Source: an uncultured Fibrobacteraceae bacterium
GTDB lineage: Bacteria; Krumholzibacteriota; Krumholzibacteriia; LZORAL124-64-63
Direction: 5' to 3'
NCBI GenBank assembly: GCA_964414055.1
Contig: CAYPVD010000002.1
Coordinates: forward strand, 1 to 57,843
Length of the DNA stretch: 57,843 nt
Position 1 is the first letter of the stretch, and every line of letters begins with the position of its first letter. Below the pieces are notes generated by a model that saw only the letters and a list, made by a program, of their open reading frames with translations, did not search any database and had not been told where the DNA came from. Shown here one piece after another: positions 44,291-53,116 of the stretch. Both the position numbers and the translations under genes were made by a program.

Positions 44291-44423
44291 AAATTGACGA
44301 AGGACCAGGGGTTGGCGGGACGCCGCAGGAGCGGCACAACTTACACGGATGTAATGAGTTCCCGCCAAAACCCTGACTTTTCCCCGCCGATCCATGGTGA
44401 TTTCCTTATTTGATCTGGAGCGC

Positions 44424-44900
44424 ATGAATCACTACGAAACGGCATCTCCCTGGACTTCAGCCCCCTGCAACTTCACGGGGGAATATACCCGCGCCGTCGA
44501 TGCCAAAGGCCGCTTCAACCTGCCTTTCAGGTTTCGCAAGGCTCTTCCGGGCAACGAGGAAGAGAAGTACGTCTTGACCAGCAGCCCCGAGGGGGCCCTG
44601 GCCCTGATGCCGTATGCGACCTGGTTGGAGAACTTCAACCGTGTCCGCCAGGGGCCGCCCAGCAAGGAGCGACGTCAGTTCCTGCGCATGATGTCCCGCG
44701 CGAGCCACGAGGTGACTCCCGACAGCCAGGGACGGATCGCCGTCCCGGCACGGTTCCTGGCGGCGGCGGGCGTGTCGAAGAAAGTGACCGTGGTGGGGGT
44801 GGGGGATTACATGGAACTGTGGAATCCCGAGTCCCTGCCCGAGATCAGCACAAGTCCCCAGGAGATGAACGAGCAGTTGAGCAACGAGTTCTTCCGCTAG
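44424..44900 (+). CDS. mraZ: transcriptional regulator MraZ
   Basis: ATG 44424 with GGAG upstream. Duplicated MraZ signature DAKGRFNLPFRFRK and DSQGRIAVPARF. Confidence 0.9.
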   Translation: MNHYETASPWTSAPCNFTGEYTRAVDAKGRFNLPFRFRKALPGNEEEKYVLTSSPEGALALMPYATWLENFNRVRQGPPSKERRQFLRMMSRASHEVTPDSQGRIAVPARFLAAAGVSKKVTVVGVGDYMELWNPESLPEISTSPQEMNEQLSNEFFR

Positions 44901-45058
44901 TTTCGTGTTGGCGGTTGGATCCCGGCGGCAAGGAGGCCGGCCGGAGATCGCCGGGCCACAGGGCATCGATGGATCGATACCGGCCCGGCGGCCATGACAG
45001 GAACAGGGTCAATGGATAACAGGCCCAGGGAGGGGCCGAACCAGGGAAGGATCCCGCC

Positions 45059-45472
45059 ATGCCGAGAGAGAGCACCCAGCAGTCCGCGAGGCAGGAGGCC
45101 GCACGCACCACGCTGGATATGGAGATCACGCACAGGGACAGGACTGTGTGGGTCTCTCTCTCGGGTATCCTGGACCGTGCCTGCCTGCAGAGGTTGCTGG
45201 CCGGCATAGCGCCCTTCCTGGGGGACAGGGGACATCGGATCGTCCTGGACGGCTCCGGTCTCATTCACATGGACTACCGGTGTACAGGCCCCCTCCTGGC
45301 CTGGAACCGGACCTTGAAGCAGTACGGCCACCAGCTTTTCCTGCGTAACTGGAGTGCGTATCTCAAGGCGATCCTGGTCATGGAGGACTGGGAGCGCGAA
45401 CTGGGAGCGCCGGAACCCGGTCTGGCAACCTGGCGCCGCCCCGCGGCGGCGCCGCGCACCCGGCGGCCATGA
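45059..45472 (+). CDS. STAS-fold (anti-sigma-factor-antagonist-like) protein inserted between mraZ and rsmH
   Basis: High GC3 frame, and the stop overlaps the rsmH start (ATGA). TVWVSLSGILDRACLQRLLAGIAPFL..HRIVLDGSGLIHMDYRCTGPLLAWNRTLKQYGHQLFL aligns with SpoIIAA-type STAS, but the DSSG phospho-serine position reads DYRC. Alternative start ATG 45119. Confidence 0.6.
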   Translation: MPRESTQQSARQEAARTTLDMEITHRDRTVWVSLSGILDRACLQRLLAGIAPFLGDRGHRIVLDGSGLIHMDYRCTGPLLAWNRTLKQYGHQLFLRNWSAYLKAILVMEDWERELGAPEPGLATWRRPAAAPRTRRP

Positions 45473-46407
45473 GCGATGCCCGGCACACACCGGTTCTGGC
45501 CACCGAATCACTGGCCTTCCTCGAACCGGGACCGGGCAAGCGCATCATCGACGGCACATTCGGTTTCGGGGGCCACGCCACGGCCATGCTCGAGGCCGGG
45601 GCCCAGGTACTGGGTTTGGACCTCAGCGCGGACGCCTTCACGGCCTGCGGCGAACTCGCCGCCCGTTATCCCCGTCTGGGCTGTGCGCGTTGTTCGTTCG
45701 ACCGCATGCGGGAAGCCGCCTCCGATCATGGTTGGGACCGGGTCGAGGGAATCCTGCTGGACCTGGGCGTCAGTTCCCTGCAATTGGACGATCCGAACCT
45801 GGGGTTCAGCTACCGCCGGGATGGCCCTTTGGACCTGCGGTTCGACCAGCGCTCGGGAAAATGCGCCGCCGATCTTGTCAACGATTTGCCCGAAAAGGAG
45901 TTGGCCGACCTGATCTGGCGCTTCGGGGAGGAACGGGCCAGCCGCCGTATCGCCCGGGCGCTGGTCAGGGCACGTGCGGAGGAGCCTGTCACGACCACCT
46001 TCGCCTTGCGGGCGGTAATCGAGAAACTTGTCCCGCCCGGAAAGAAAACCACCCCCGTCCTCAGCCGGGTCTTCCAGGCCCTGCGTATCGCGGTCAACCA
46101 TGAGATGGATGCCTTGGCGGCGGCGCTGGAACAGATCCCCTCCCTGCTCGCCCCGGGGGGGGTGATGGTCGTGATCAGCTACCATTCCCTGGAGGACCGC
46201 CAGGTCAAGCGGTTCATCGATCGGGAACGCCGTGACTGCCTGTGCCCGCCGGAACTGCCGACCTGCCGCTGTGGGCACCGGCGCACGCTGGATCCCCTGA
46301 CGCGCAAGGCGGTCAAGGCGGGTCCCGCCGAGGAAGCAGCCAATCCACGTTCCCGCAGCGCCCGTCTGCGGGCGGCCCGCAGGGTGCAGGAGGTTTCGTC
46401 ATCATGA
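45469..46407 (+). CDS. rsmH: 16S rRNA (cytosine1402-N4)-methyltransferase
   Basis: Motifs HTPVL, IDGTFGFGGHA, LLDLGVSS.QLDD..RGFS-like (GFSYRRDGPLDLRF), SYHSLEDR.VK. Confidence 0.93.
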   Translation: MSDARHTPVLATESLAFLEPGPGKRIIDGTFGFGGHATAMLEAGAQVLGLDLSADAFTACGELAARYPRLGCARCSFDRMREAASDHGWDRVEGILLDLGVSSLQLDDPNLGFSYRRDGPLDLRFDQRSGKCAADLVNDLPEKELADLIWRFGEERASRRIARALVRARAEEPVTTTFALRAVIEKLVPPGKKTTPVLSRVFQALRIAVNHEMDALAAALEQIPSLLAPGGVMVVISYHSLEDRQVKRFIDRERRDCLCPPELPTCRCGHRRTLDPLTRKAVKAGPAEEAANPRSRSARLRAARRVQEVSSS

Positions 46408-46919
46408 TGTGGAGCGGATCAGGCGTTCGCCCGGTTTCCGGCCAGGACTATTCCAGGTACGAATATGGCCTCATGGCCCAGCGGCAGGACCTGTTCGGGC
46501 GGGGTGCGGCCTTGGCCGTTCCCCTGGTGCTGCTGGGGGTGTTGCTGTTGGCCGGGGCGGTGTTCATATCCAACCAGGTGGTGACCTGTCGGTTGCAGAT
46601 CGCCCAGCTCGATGATCAACGGGAATTCCTGGACGCCCGGTCCGCACTGTTGCAGGCCCGCTGGAATTCCCTGAGCAGGCCCGCAGTCATTCAGGCCCGG
46701 GCCAGGGAGGAACTCGGCCTGGTGGTGACCGGGCAGCCCCATCTGGTCCTGGTCCAGACGGTACCGGAAGCTCGGGAAAAATTCGGTATCTGGCGGCGGG
46801 TGCTGGCGCATTTCTCGGCCGGGACGCCGCTGGAAGCCGCGACCGATCCCCTTGCCGGCACCGGAGGCCGTGCCATGGTCACGCTGGAGCCGGTATACGG
46901 CAGGGATGGGGCCCCTTGA
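46404..46919 (+). CDS. ftsL: FtsL-like cell division protein
   Basis: Track ORF trimmed to ATG 46404, overlapping the rsmH stop. Single TM helix (AALAVPLVLLGVLLLAGAVFI) followed by a coiled-coil-like segment. Occupies the position between rsmH and ftsI. Confidence 0.6.
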   Translation: MMWSGSGVRPVSGQDYSRYEYGLMAQRQDLFGRGAALAVPLVLLGVLLLAGAVFISNQVVTCRLQIAQLDDQREFLDARSALLQARWNSLSRPAVIQARAREELGLVVTGQPHLVLVQTVPEAREKFGIWRRVLAHFSAGTPLEAATDPLAGTGGRAMVTLEPVYGRDGAP

Positions 46920-49030
46920 CGGGGGCAACGGACATGCGGGGCGTATTCCTGGCCCTGCGTATCCTTGTGGTTGCCGCGGGACTCCTGTTGACCGGCCGGA
47001 TCGTGCAGATCCAGGTTTTCGCTCATGACCATTACGGACAGATCGCCCAGGTCGTATGGGGCAAGACCATCCCCCTGTCGCCCGAACGCGGGCGTCTAGA
47101 GGACAGGGAGGGACGTCCCCTGGCCCTTTCGGTGACCACCTGGCAGGTGGGGATCGCTTCTTCCAAGGTCAAGGATCCGCAGCGTACCGCCGACCTGACC
47201 GCACGGGTTCTGGGGCTGGATGCGGCCGTGATCCGGAAGCGTCTCCGGGAGTACCGGGACCGCTTCCTGCCCCTTGCCAATGATGTGGTCCTGACCAGGC
47301 AGCAGAAACTGGCCCTGGAGGGCGACCAGGCCGTGACCCTGGACGGCAAGCTGGCGAGGGTCTATCCCCATGACGGGGTAGGGGCTTCCCTGGTGGGCTT
47401 CTTCAGGTACGGCGCCGAGGATACCGTGGCCACGGGGCTGGAGTACAGCCTGGCTTCCCATCTGGCGGGCAGACCCGGTCGGGCGCGGCTGGTCAAGACT
47501 CCCGTGGGCAGCCGGGACCTGGGCCGCATCGTGCTGGAGGAACCGGTCGACGGCGAGGATCTGACCCTGACCCTGGACGTCGTGCTGCAGACAATCAGCG
47601 AGGACCGGCTGGCCGACGCGGTGGAAAGGTGCGGGGCCCGGGGCGGGTCGGTGCTGATCCTGGATCCCCACAACGGCGACGTCCTGGCCGCCGCGAGCTG
47701 GCCCCTGATGGATACCCGCCAGGGCCCTCATCCCGATCCTGCGGTGTGGAACAACTGCAATTTCACGAGTCAGTACGAACCCGGATCGGTGTTCAAGATT
47801 TTCACCATGGCCTCCCTGCTGGGCAACTGCGCCATCGACACGGCCACGGTGTTCGATTGCAGCGATCCCCGTTTCGACGGCTACACCATCGACAATGAGA
47901 ACCATCACCGGTACGGGAACCTCAACCTCATGCAGGCCTTCACGAGGTCCAGCAACATCTACTTCGCCCGCGCGGTGGGGAACCTCAGCGACCGTGAATT
48001 CTACCGTGATCTGGTGGCGTTCGGTTTCGGCCAGCCGACGACCCTGCCCTACCGCGGGCAAGCCGGAGGCATTCTGAGGGATCCGGTGCAGTGGAGCAGG
48101 CGCTCCAAGTCCACCCTGGCCATCGGTCAGGAAGTGGCTGTCACGCCCCTGCAACTGGGATTGGCCCTGTGCGCGGTGGCCAACGGGGGCACGCTCTACG
48201 CGCCGCGTCTGATCCGCGACATCACAAGCCCCGCTACGGGGCGCACCCGGCAATTGCCTCCCCTGGCCTTGCGACGGGTCATGACCCCCGAGCTGGCCGC
48301 GCTTGTGAGGCTGGCCATGGGACGGGTGGTGACCGAGGGAACGGGGACCGCGGCCAGGATGGACTGGATCACCACCGGCGGCAAGACCGGCACCGCCCAG
48401 ATGAGCAGGGACGGGCGCACCCTGGCCTCTGGTGCCTACATGGCCAGCTTTGGCGGGATTGCTCCACTGGACGATCCCCGGCTGGTGATCCTCACGGTCC
48501 TGAACCAGCCCCGCGGCGTCTTCCACTTCGCATCCCAGAGCGCTGTGCCCCTTTTCCGGGATATCCTGCGGGAGATCCGCAACGAAACGGACTGGTTGAC
48601 TGATGTCCCCGGCTCCCGTACGGCCATGGTTCCGGTGGCCGGGCCCGGTCGGCGCACGGCGGTTCCCGATGTCCTGTTCCTGACCGTGGCCAATGCCGCC
48701 CAGCGTCTGACGGCTGCGGGTTTCACCCTGGCGGGAGCCGAACGCAAAGGTATTGTGGTGGAACAATTGCCGGGCCCGGGATCCATGTGTCCACCGGGGA
48801 CGACCATCAGTCTGACCGTGGGTCCCAGACGGCCCGGCCGCCCGAAGGAGACTTCGCTTTGCCCCGATTTTCACGGTCTGAGCGACCGCCAGGTTCGGGG
48901 GCTGGCGGCCCGCCTGGGGGTTGACGTGGAGATGATCGGCAACGGTTACGCCGTGGACCAGGACGTTCCCCCCGGCCAGCCCCTGGCCGACCGTCGTGTG
49001 CAGGTTAAGATGGGGGGGCTGTGGCCGTGA
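46916..49030 (+). CDS. ftsI: penicillin-binding protein (FtsI/PBP2B-type transpeptidase) with two C-terminal PASTA domains
   Basis: Motifs SVFK (YEPGSVFKIFT), SSN (TRSSNIYF), KTGTA. C-terminal PASTA-like units VPDVLFLTVANAAQRLTAAGFTL...GTTISLTVG and CPDFHGLSDRQVRGLAARLGVDVEMIGNGYAVDQDVPPGQPL. Confidence 0.88.
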   Translation: MTGATDMRGVFLALRILVVAAGLLLTGRIVQIQVFAHDHYGQIAQVVWGKTIPLSPERGRLEDREGRPLALSVTTWQVGIASSKVKDPQRTADLTARVLGLDAAVIRKRLREYRDRFLPLANDVVLTRQQKLALEGDQAVTLDGKLARVYPHDGVGASLVGFFRYGAEDTVATGLEYSLASHLAGRPGRARLVKTPVGSRDLGRIVLEEPVDGEDLTLTLDVVLQTISEDRLADAVERCGARGGSVLILDPHNGDVLAAASWPLMDTRQGPHPDPAVWNNCNFTSQYEPGSVFKIFTMASLLGNCAIDTATVFDCSDPRFDGYTIDNENHHRYGNLNLMQAFTRSSNIYFARAVGNLSDREFYRDLVAFGFGQPTTLPYRGQAGGILRDPVQWSRRSKSTLAIGQEVAVTPLQLGLALCAVANGGTLYAPRLIRDITSPATGRTRQLPPLALRRVMTPELAALVRLAMGRVVTEGTGTAARMDWITTGGKTGTAQMSRDGRTLASGAYMASFGGIAPLDDPRLVILTVLNQPRGVFHFASQSAVPLFRDILREIRNETDWLTDVPGSRTAMVPVAGPGRRTAVPDVLFLTVANAAQRLTAAGFTLAGAERKGIVVEQLPGPGSMCPPGTTISLTVGPRRPGRPKETSLCPDFHGLSDRQVRGLAARLGVDVEMIGNGYAVDQDVPPGQPLADRRVQVKMGGLWP

Positions 49031-50547
49031 AGCTGGACGACCTGGTCAGGACGATCGCACCCCTCGAGGTCAGGGGCGACCAGGGTCTGGAGATCACGGC
49101 CGTGACCGCGGATTCCCGCCGAGCGGGCAGCGGAACGATTTTCGTGGCGGTCAAGGGGGTCCGGGCGGACGGGCATCGGTTCCTGGCCGCGGCCCTGGAG
49201 GCGGGCAGTCCTGCCCTGGTGATCATGGCGGATATGCAGACGCGGTTGGATCCTCGCCTGCTCGAGAGGGCCCCGGCCCTGGTCGTGGTGGACGACTCGC
49301 GGCCCGTGCCGGCCCTGCTGGCCAGGGCCCTGGCCAATGAACCCGACCGCACCCTGTTCACCGCCGGTGTGACCGGCACCAACGGCAAGACCACCGTGGC
49401 CTTCCTGCTGCGCAGCGTGCTGGAGAGGTTGCGGGGACCTTGCGGATTGCTGGGCACCATCAGGTACCAGGCGGTCGATACCGTGGAGCCTGCGCCGTTG
49501 ACCACGCCGGCGGGACCGGACCTGTATCGCTGGCTCGAGACCATGGTCGCCGAGGGTTGCCGTAGCGTGGCCCTGGAACTCTCCTCCCACGCCCTGGACC
49601 AGCGGCGCGCCGCAGGACTGGAACTGGACGTAGCGGTCATGACCAATCTGGGGCGCGACCACCTCGATTATCATCCCGACCTGGACGCCTACCTGGCGGC
49701 CAAGGCGCGCATCCTGGGGATGCTGCGGGCGGAGCGGGGGCAGGCGGTCATCAATGCCGATGATCCGGGTCTGGCACCGCTGGCTCATGAGCATCCGGAC
49801 GCCGTCCTGTTCTCCGTGTCGGGGCGGCCGGTCGTCGCGCGCCGCTGTGACCTGTCGGTCACAAGCAGTCGTCTTCAACTGACGGGGACCAGCCTGGACC
49901 TGGACTGGCGTGGCCACCCCCTGCATGTGGAAAGTCCGCTGGTGGGGCTTTATAACGTGGAAAACCTGACCGCCGCCCTGGCTGCCGTGCTGGCGGCGGG
50001 CTTTCCTTGCGATGAGGCGGTAACGGCCCTGGACAGCCTGCAGCAGGTGCCCGGCCGCCTGGAGCGGTTCGTCCTGCCTGTCGGCGGTCTGGCGGTGGTG
50101 GATTATGCCCACACGCCCGATGCCCTGGCCGCCGTGCTTTCTGCCTGCCGCGGGTTGACGGACCGGCGGGTGCTGGTGGTCTTCGGCTGCGGCGGGGACA
50201 GGGACCGGGGCAAGCGGCCGCTGATGGGCAAGGTTGCGGCCGAACTGGCGGACGAGGTCTGGATCACCGCAGACAATCCCCGCAGCGAGGACCCCGCAGC
50301 CATCAACGAGGAGATCATGAAGGGCGTCAAGGCGGTGGCCGCCCCCCGGGCGGGGACCGTACACCTGGAGCCTGATCGTCGCGCCGCGGTGGCAGAGGCC
50401 CTGTCGGCAGCAGGAGAACGGGACGTGGTGGTCATCGCCGGCAAGGGGCACGAGGATTACCAGCTGGTCGGGGACGAGGTCTTGCCTCTGGACGACCGTA
50501 ATCTGGTGCGCGAGTGGATCGCCGCCGCCGGAGGACATCATGGTTGA
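49021..50547 (+). CDS. murE: UDP-N-acetylmuramoyl-L-alanyl-D-glutamate--2,6-diaminopimelate ligase
   Basis: Motifs GVTGTNGKTT, DYAHTPDAL, and the DNPR motif (TADNPRSEDP) typical of meso-DAP-adding MurE. Start GTG 49021 or 49027. Confidence 0.92.
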   Translation: MAVKLDDLVRTIAPLEVRGDQGLEITAVTADSRRAGSGTIFVAVKGVRADGHRFLAAALEAGSPALVIMADMQTRLDPRLLERAPALVVVDDSRPVPALLARALANEPDRTLFTAGVTGTNGKTTVAFLLRSVLERLRGPCGLLGTIRYQAVDTVEPAPLTTPAGPDLYRWLETMVAEGCRSVALELSSHALDQRRAAGLELDVAVMTNLGRDHLDYHPDLDAYLAAKARILGMLRAERGQAVINADDPGLAPLAHEHPDAVLFSVSGRPVVARRCDLSVTSSRLQLTGTSLDLDWRGHPLHVESPLVGLYNVENLTAALAAVLAAGFPCDEAVTALDSLQQVPGRLERFVLPVGGLAVVDYAHTPDALAAVLSACRGLTDRRVLVVFGCGGDRDRGKRPLMGKVAAELADEVWITADNPRSEDPAAINEEIMKGVKAVAAPRAGTVHLEPDRRAAVAEALSAAGERDVVVIAGKGHEDYQLVGDEVLPLDDRNLVREWIAAAGGHHG

Positions 50548-52006
50548 CCCGGCGGGATACCCGGTCGATCTGGCGGCCCGCGATCTCATGGCTGCGGGAA
50601 TGCTGGTGGGAGTCTGGTGCTGCCGTCAGGGCGGTCTGGTCCCGGTACCGGCCGAGGCGCTGACGCCTGCGGATGGAGCGTGGTCGGGTGCGGGCCTGGA
50701 TTCACGCACCTTGACCGAAGGCCAGCTGTTCGTGGCCCTGCCCGGTGAACACGTGGATGGACGGGATTTTCTGGACCGGGCCGTGGCGACCGGACACTGG
50801 GTCCTGGCCGGGCGGGAAAACGGATGGTCAGGGGAGCAGGCCCTGGCCGGTCTGCCTGCAGCTCCCGGCGCCGGGGTGTTGCTGTGCCGTGACGGTGCCG
50901 AGGGTCTGGCTTTTCTGGCCGGTCGCCACCGGAGCCGCTGGCAAGGGACGCTCATCGGCATCACCGGCTCCAACGGGAAGACTACCTGCAAGGACCTGTG
51001 CGCGGCCCTGCTCGGCGGTGCGGCGCGGGTTTGGGCTACCGCGGGCAACCACAACAACCGCCTGGGCGTGCCCCTGACCCTGCTGGGCCTGCAGGCGGAG
51101 CACAGGTTCGCGGTGGTGGAAATGGGGGCCTCGAGCGAGGGGCAGATCGCGTTCCTGGCGGACCTGGTCCGGCCGAGCATCGGGGTCATCACCAACGCGG
51201 CGGCTGCCCACCTGTCGGAGTTCGGTTCCCTGGAAGGCGTGGTCCGGGGCAAGGGGGAACTGCTCGACGCCCTGCCGGAGAACGGGACGGCGGTTCTGAA
51301 CGCCGACAGTCCCGGCTTTGATCAATGGCGGCGGCGGGCGGGCTGTCCGGTGGTCTCCTGGGGCCGAGAGGCGGGGGATCACCGTTGGACCTGGAAGACC
51401 GTGCCGGGCCGCGGCTGGGTGACCGTCATCGACGGCGAGTCCTGGCCAACGCCCCTGCCCGGGCGTCACAACGGGGCCAACCTCACCGCGGCCCTGCTGG
51501 CCGTGCGGGCGGCGGGCCTATCCGACGAGGCCGCGCGGTCCGGTCTGGCCCGGTTCGAGGGCTCGCCCCATCGCAGCCATCTGCTGCGGTGGGATGGGCG
51601 CCTGATCCTGGATGACAGCTACAACGCCAACCCGCGCAGCATGCTGGCGGCCGGCAGCGCCCTGGTGGAACTGGCGTCCGGCGGAAAAAGCTGCGCCGTC
51701 CTGGGGGCCATGGCCGAGTTGGGCGACGACGCGGCCGGCCTGCACCGTGAAACCGGGCGCTCCCTGGCTGATCTGGGCGTGCAGGTTGTGGTGGCGGTGG
51801 GAGCCGGGGCCCGGCCCCTGGGCGAGGGCTTTGACGAAAGGGGGGGCGAGGTCCACTATTGCCCCGACCAGGAAGCGGCGGCCGACTGGATCAGGTCCCG
51901 CACACGGCCGCGGGACGTCGTTCTCCTGAAGGGATCACGCAGTTCCGCCATGGAAATCGTTCTGGATTATCTGCCCGGCATCACGACGGCTTCACAAGGA
52001 TCGTAG
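50540..52006 (+). CDS. murF: UDP-N-acetylmuramoyl-tripeptide--D-alanyl-D-alanine ligase
   Basis: Motifs ITGSNGKTT, NNRLGVPLTLL, DDSYNANP. Position in the dcw cluster agrees. Confidence 0.9.
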   Translation: MVDPAGYPVDLAARDLMAAGMLVGVWCCRQGGLVPVPAEALTPADGAWSGAGLDSRTLTEGQLFVALPGEHVDGRDFLDRAVATGHWVLAGRENGWSGEQALAGLPAAPGAGVLLCRDGAEGLAFLAGRHRSRWQGTLIGITGSNGKTTCKDLCAALLGGAARVWATAGNHNNRLGVPLTLLGLQAEHRFAVVEMGASSEGQIAFLADLVRPSIGVITNAAAAHLSEFGSLEGVVRGKGELLDALPENGTAVLNADSPGFDQWRRRAGCPVVSWGREAGDHRWTWKTVPGRGWVTVIDGESWPTPLPGRHNGANLTAALLAVRAAGLSDEAARSGLARFEGSPHRSHLLRWDGRLILDDSYNANPRSMLAAGSALVELASGGKSCAVLGAMAELGDDAAGLHRETGRSLADLGVQVVVAVGAGARPLGEGFDERGGEVHYCPDQEAAADWIRSRTRPRDVVLLKGSRSSAMEIVLDYLPGITTASQGS

Positions 52007-52009
52007 GTC

Positions 52010-53098
52010 ATGTTCTATCAATTGCTGTACCCTCTGCACCAGTACTGGTCGGCGCTGAACGTCTTCAAGTACATCACATTCCGTGCGTCCTACGCGGCGG
52101 TGACGGCGCTGCTGATCAGCTTCCTGTTCGGCGGATGGGTCATCCGCAAGCTGGAGCAGATGCAGATCGGCGAGACCATCCGCAGCGACGGTCCCGCCCA
52201 CCATCAGGCCAAGACGGGTACTCCGACCATGGGCGGGGTCCTGGTGCTGACCGCGGTGGTGCTGCCCACCCTGCTGTGGGCCGACCTTGGCAATCGCTAC
52301 GTCCAGCTGGCCCTGCTGGGCACCGTGTGGATGGGGGCCATCGGTTTCCTGGACGATTACCTGAAGGTGGTCAAGAAGCGCCCCAAGGGCATGGTCGGGC
52401 GTTTCAAGCTGGTGGGCCAGGTCAGCTACGGCCTGGTGCTGGGCGCCGTCCTCGTCTTCGGCGGGGACGGGGGAGCACTGGCCACCAGCAGCACCGTACC
52501 CCTGTTCAAGAACACCTTGGTCCACTGGGGCTGGGTGTACATTCCCCTGGTCATCTTCGTGGTCACAGCCACGAGCAACGCCGTGAACCTGGCCGACGGC
52601 CTGGACGGCCTGGCCATCGGCCTGAGCGGCCTGGCCTTCGTGGGATTCGGGGTCATCGCCTACCTGAGCGGACACGCGGGCTTCGCGGACTACCTGAACC
52701 TGCTGTTCATTCCCCAGGCCGGGGAACTGGCCGTCTACTGCGCTGCGGTGGTGGGGGCCGGTCTGGGCTTCCTATGGTTCAACGCCCATCCGGCGCGGAT
52801 CTTCATGGGCGATACCGGAAGTCTGGCGCTGGGCGGGGCCCTGGGCACGGTGGCCATCCTGGTCAAGCGGGAGTTCCTGCTGGTGATCATCGGCGGCATG
52901 TTCGTGGCCGAGGCCCTGTCGGTCATGTTGCAGGTGCTGTACTACAGGCGTACCGGCGGCAAGCGCATCTTCCGCATGGCCCCGTTGCACCATCATTTCG
53001 AACTGGGAGGCTGGTCGGAGACCCAGGTTGTGGTCCGGTTCTGGATCATCGGCATCCTGCTGCTGGTCGTCGGCATGTCATCCCTCAAACTGCAGTAG
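52010..53098 (+). CDS. mraY: phospho-N-acetylmuramoyl-pentapeptide transferase
   Basis: Motifs KYITFRA, TPTMGG, NAVNLADGLDGLA, FMGDTGSLALGG, APLHHHFEL.GW. Confidence 0.95.
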   Translation: MFYQLLYPLHQYWSALNVFKYITFRASYAAVTALLISFLFGGWVIRKLEQMQIGETIRSDGPAHHQAKTGTPTMGGVLVLTAVVLPTLLWADLGNRYVQLALLGTVWMGAIGFLDDYLKVVKKRPKGMVGRFKLVGQVSYGLVLGAVLVFGGDGGALATSSTVPLFKNTLVHWGWVYIPLVIFVVTATSNAVNLADGLDGLAIGLSGLAFVGFGVIAYLSGHAGFADYLNLLFIPQAGELAVYCAAVVGAGLGFLWFNAHPARIFMGDTGSLALGGALGTVAILVKREFLLVIIGGMFVAEALSVMLQVLYYRRTGGKRIFRMAPLHHHFELGGWSETQVVVRFWIIGILLLVVGMSSLKLQ

Positions 53099-53116
53099 CA
53101 GGGGAGTTTTCCGAGC

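Noticed and set aside
43391-44425. 344-aa minus-strand ORF spanning the sulfotransferase 3-prime end and the AT-rich dcw leader
   Set aside because: Half of it is antisense to the sulfotransferase. The rest runs through promoter-like AT-rich DNA and gives an implausible Ser/Pro/His-rich sequence with no motifs.
46155-46162. G7-G8 homopolymers in housekeeping genes (rsmH 46155-46162, ftsI end 49012-49018, murF 51840-51846, Wzx gene 41769-41775, sulfotransferase 43903-43909) as phase-variation sites
   Set aside because: They encode Gly-Gly in a GC-rich genome and occur in essential genes where switching is implausible. Only the G10 tract in the YfhO-like gene was kept as a low-to-moderate finding.
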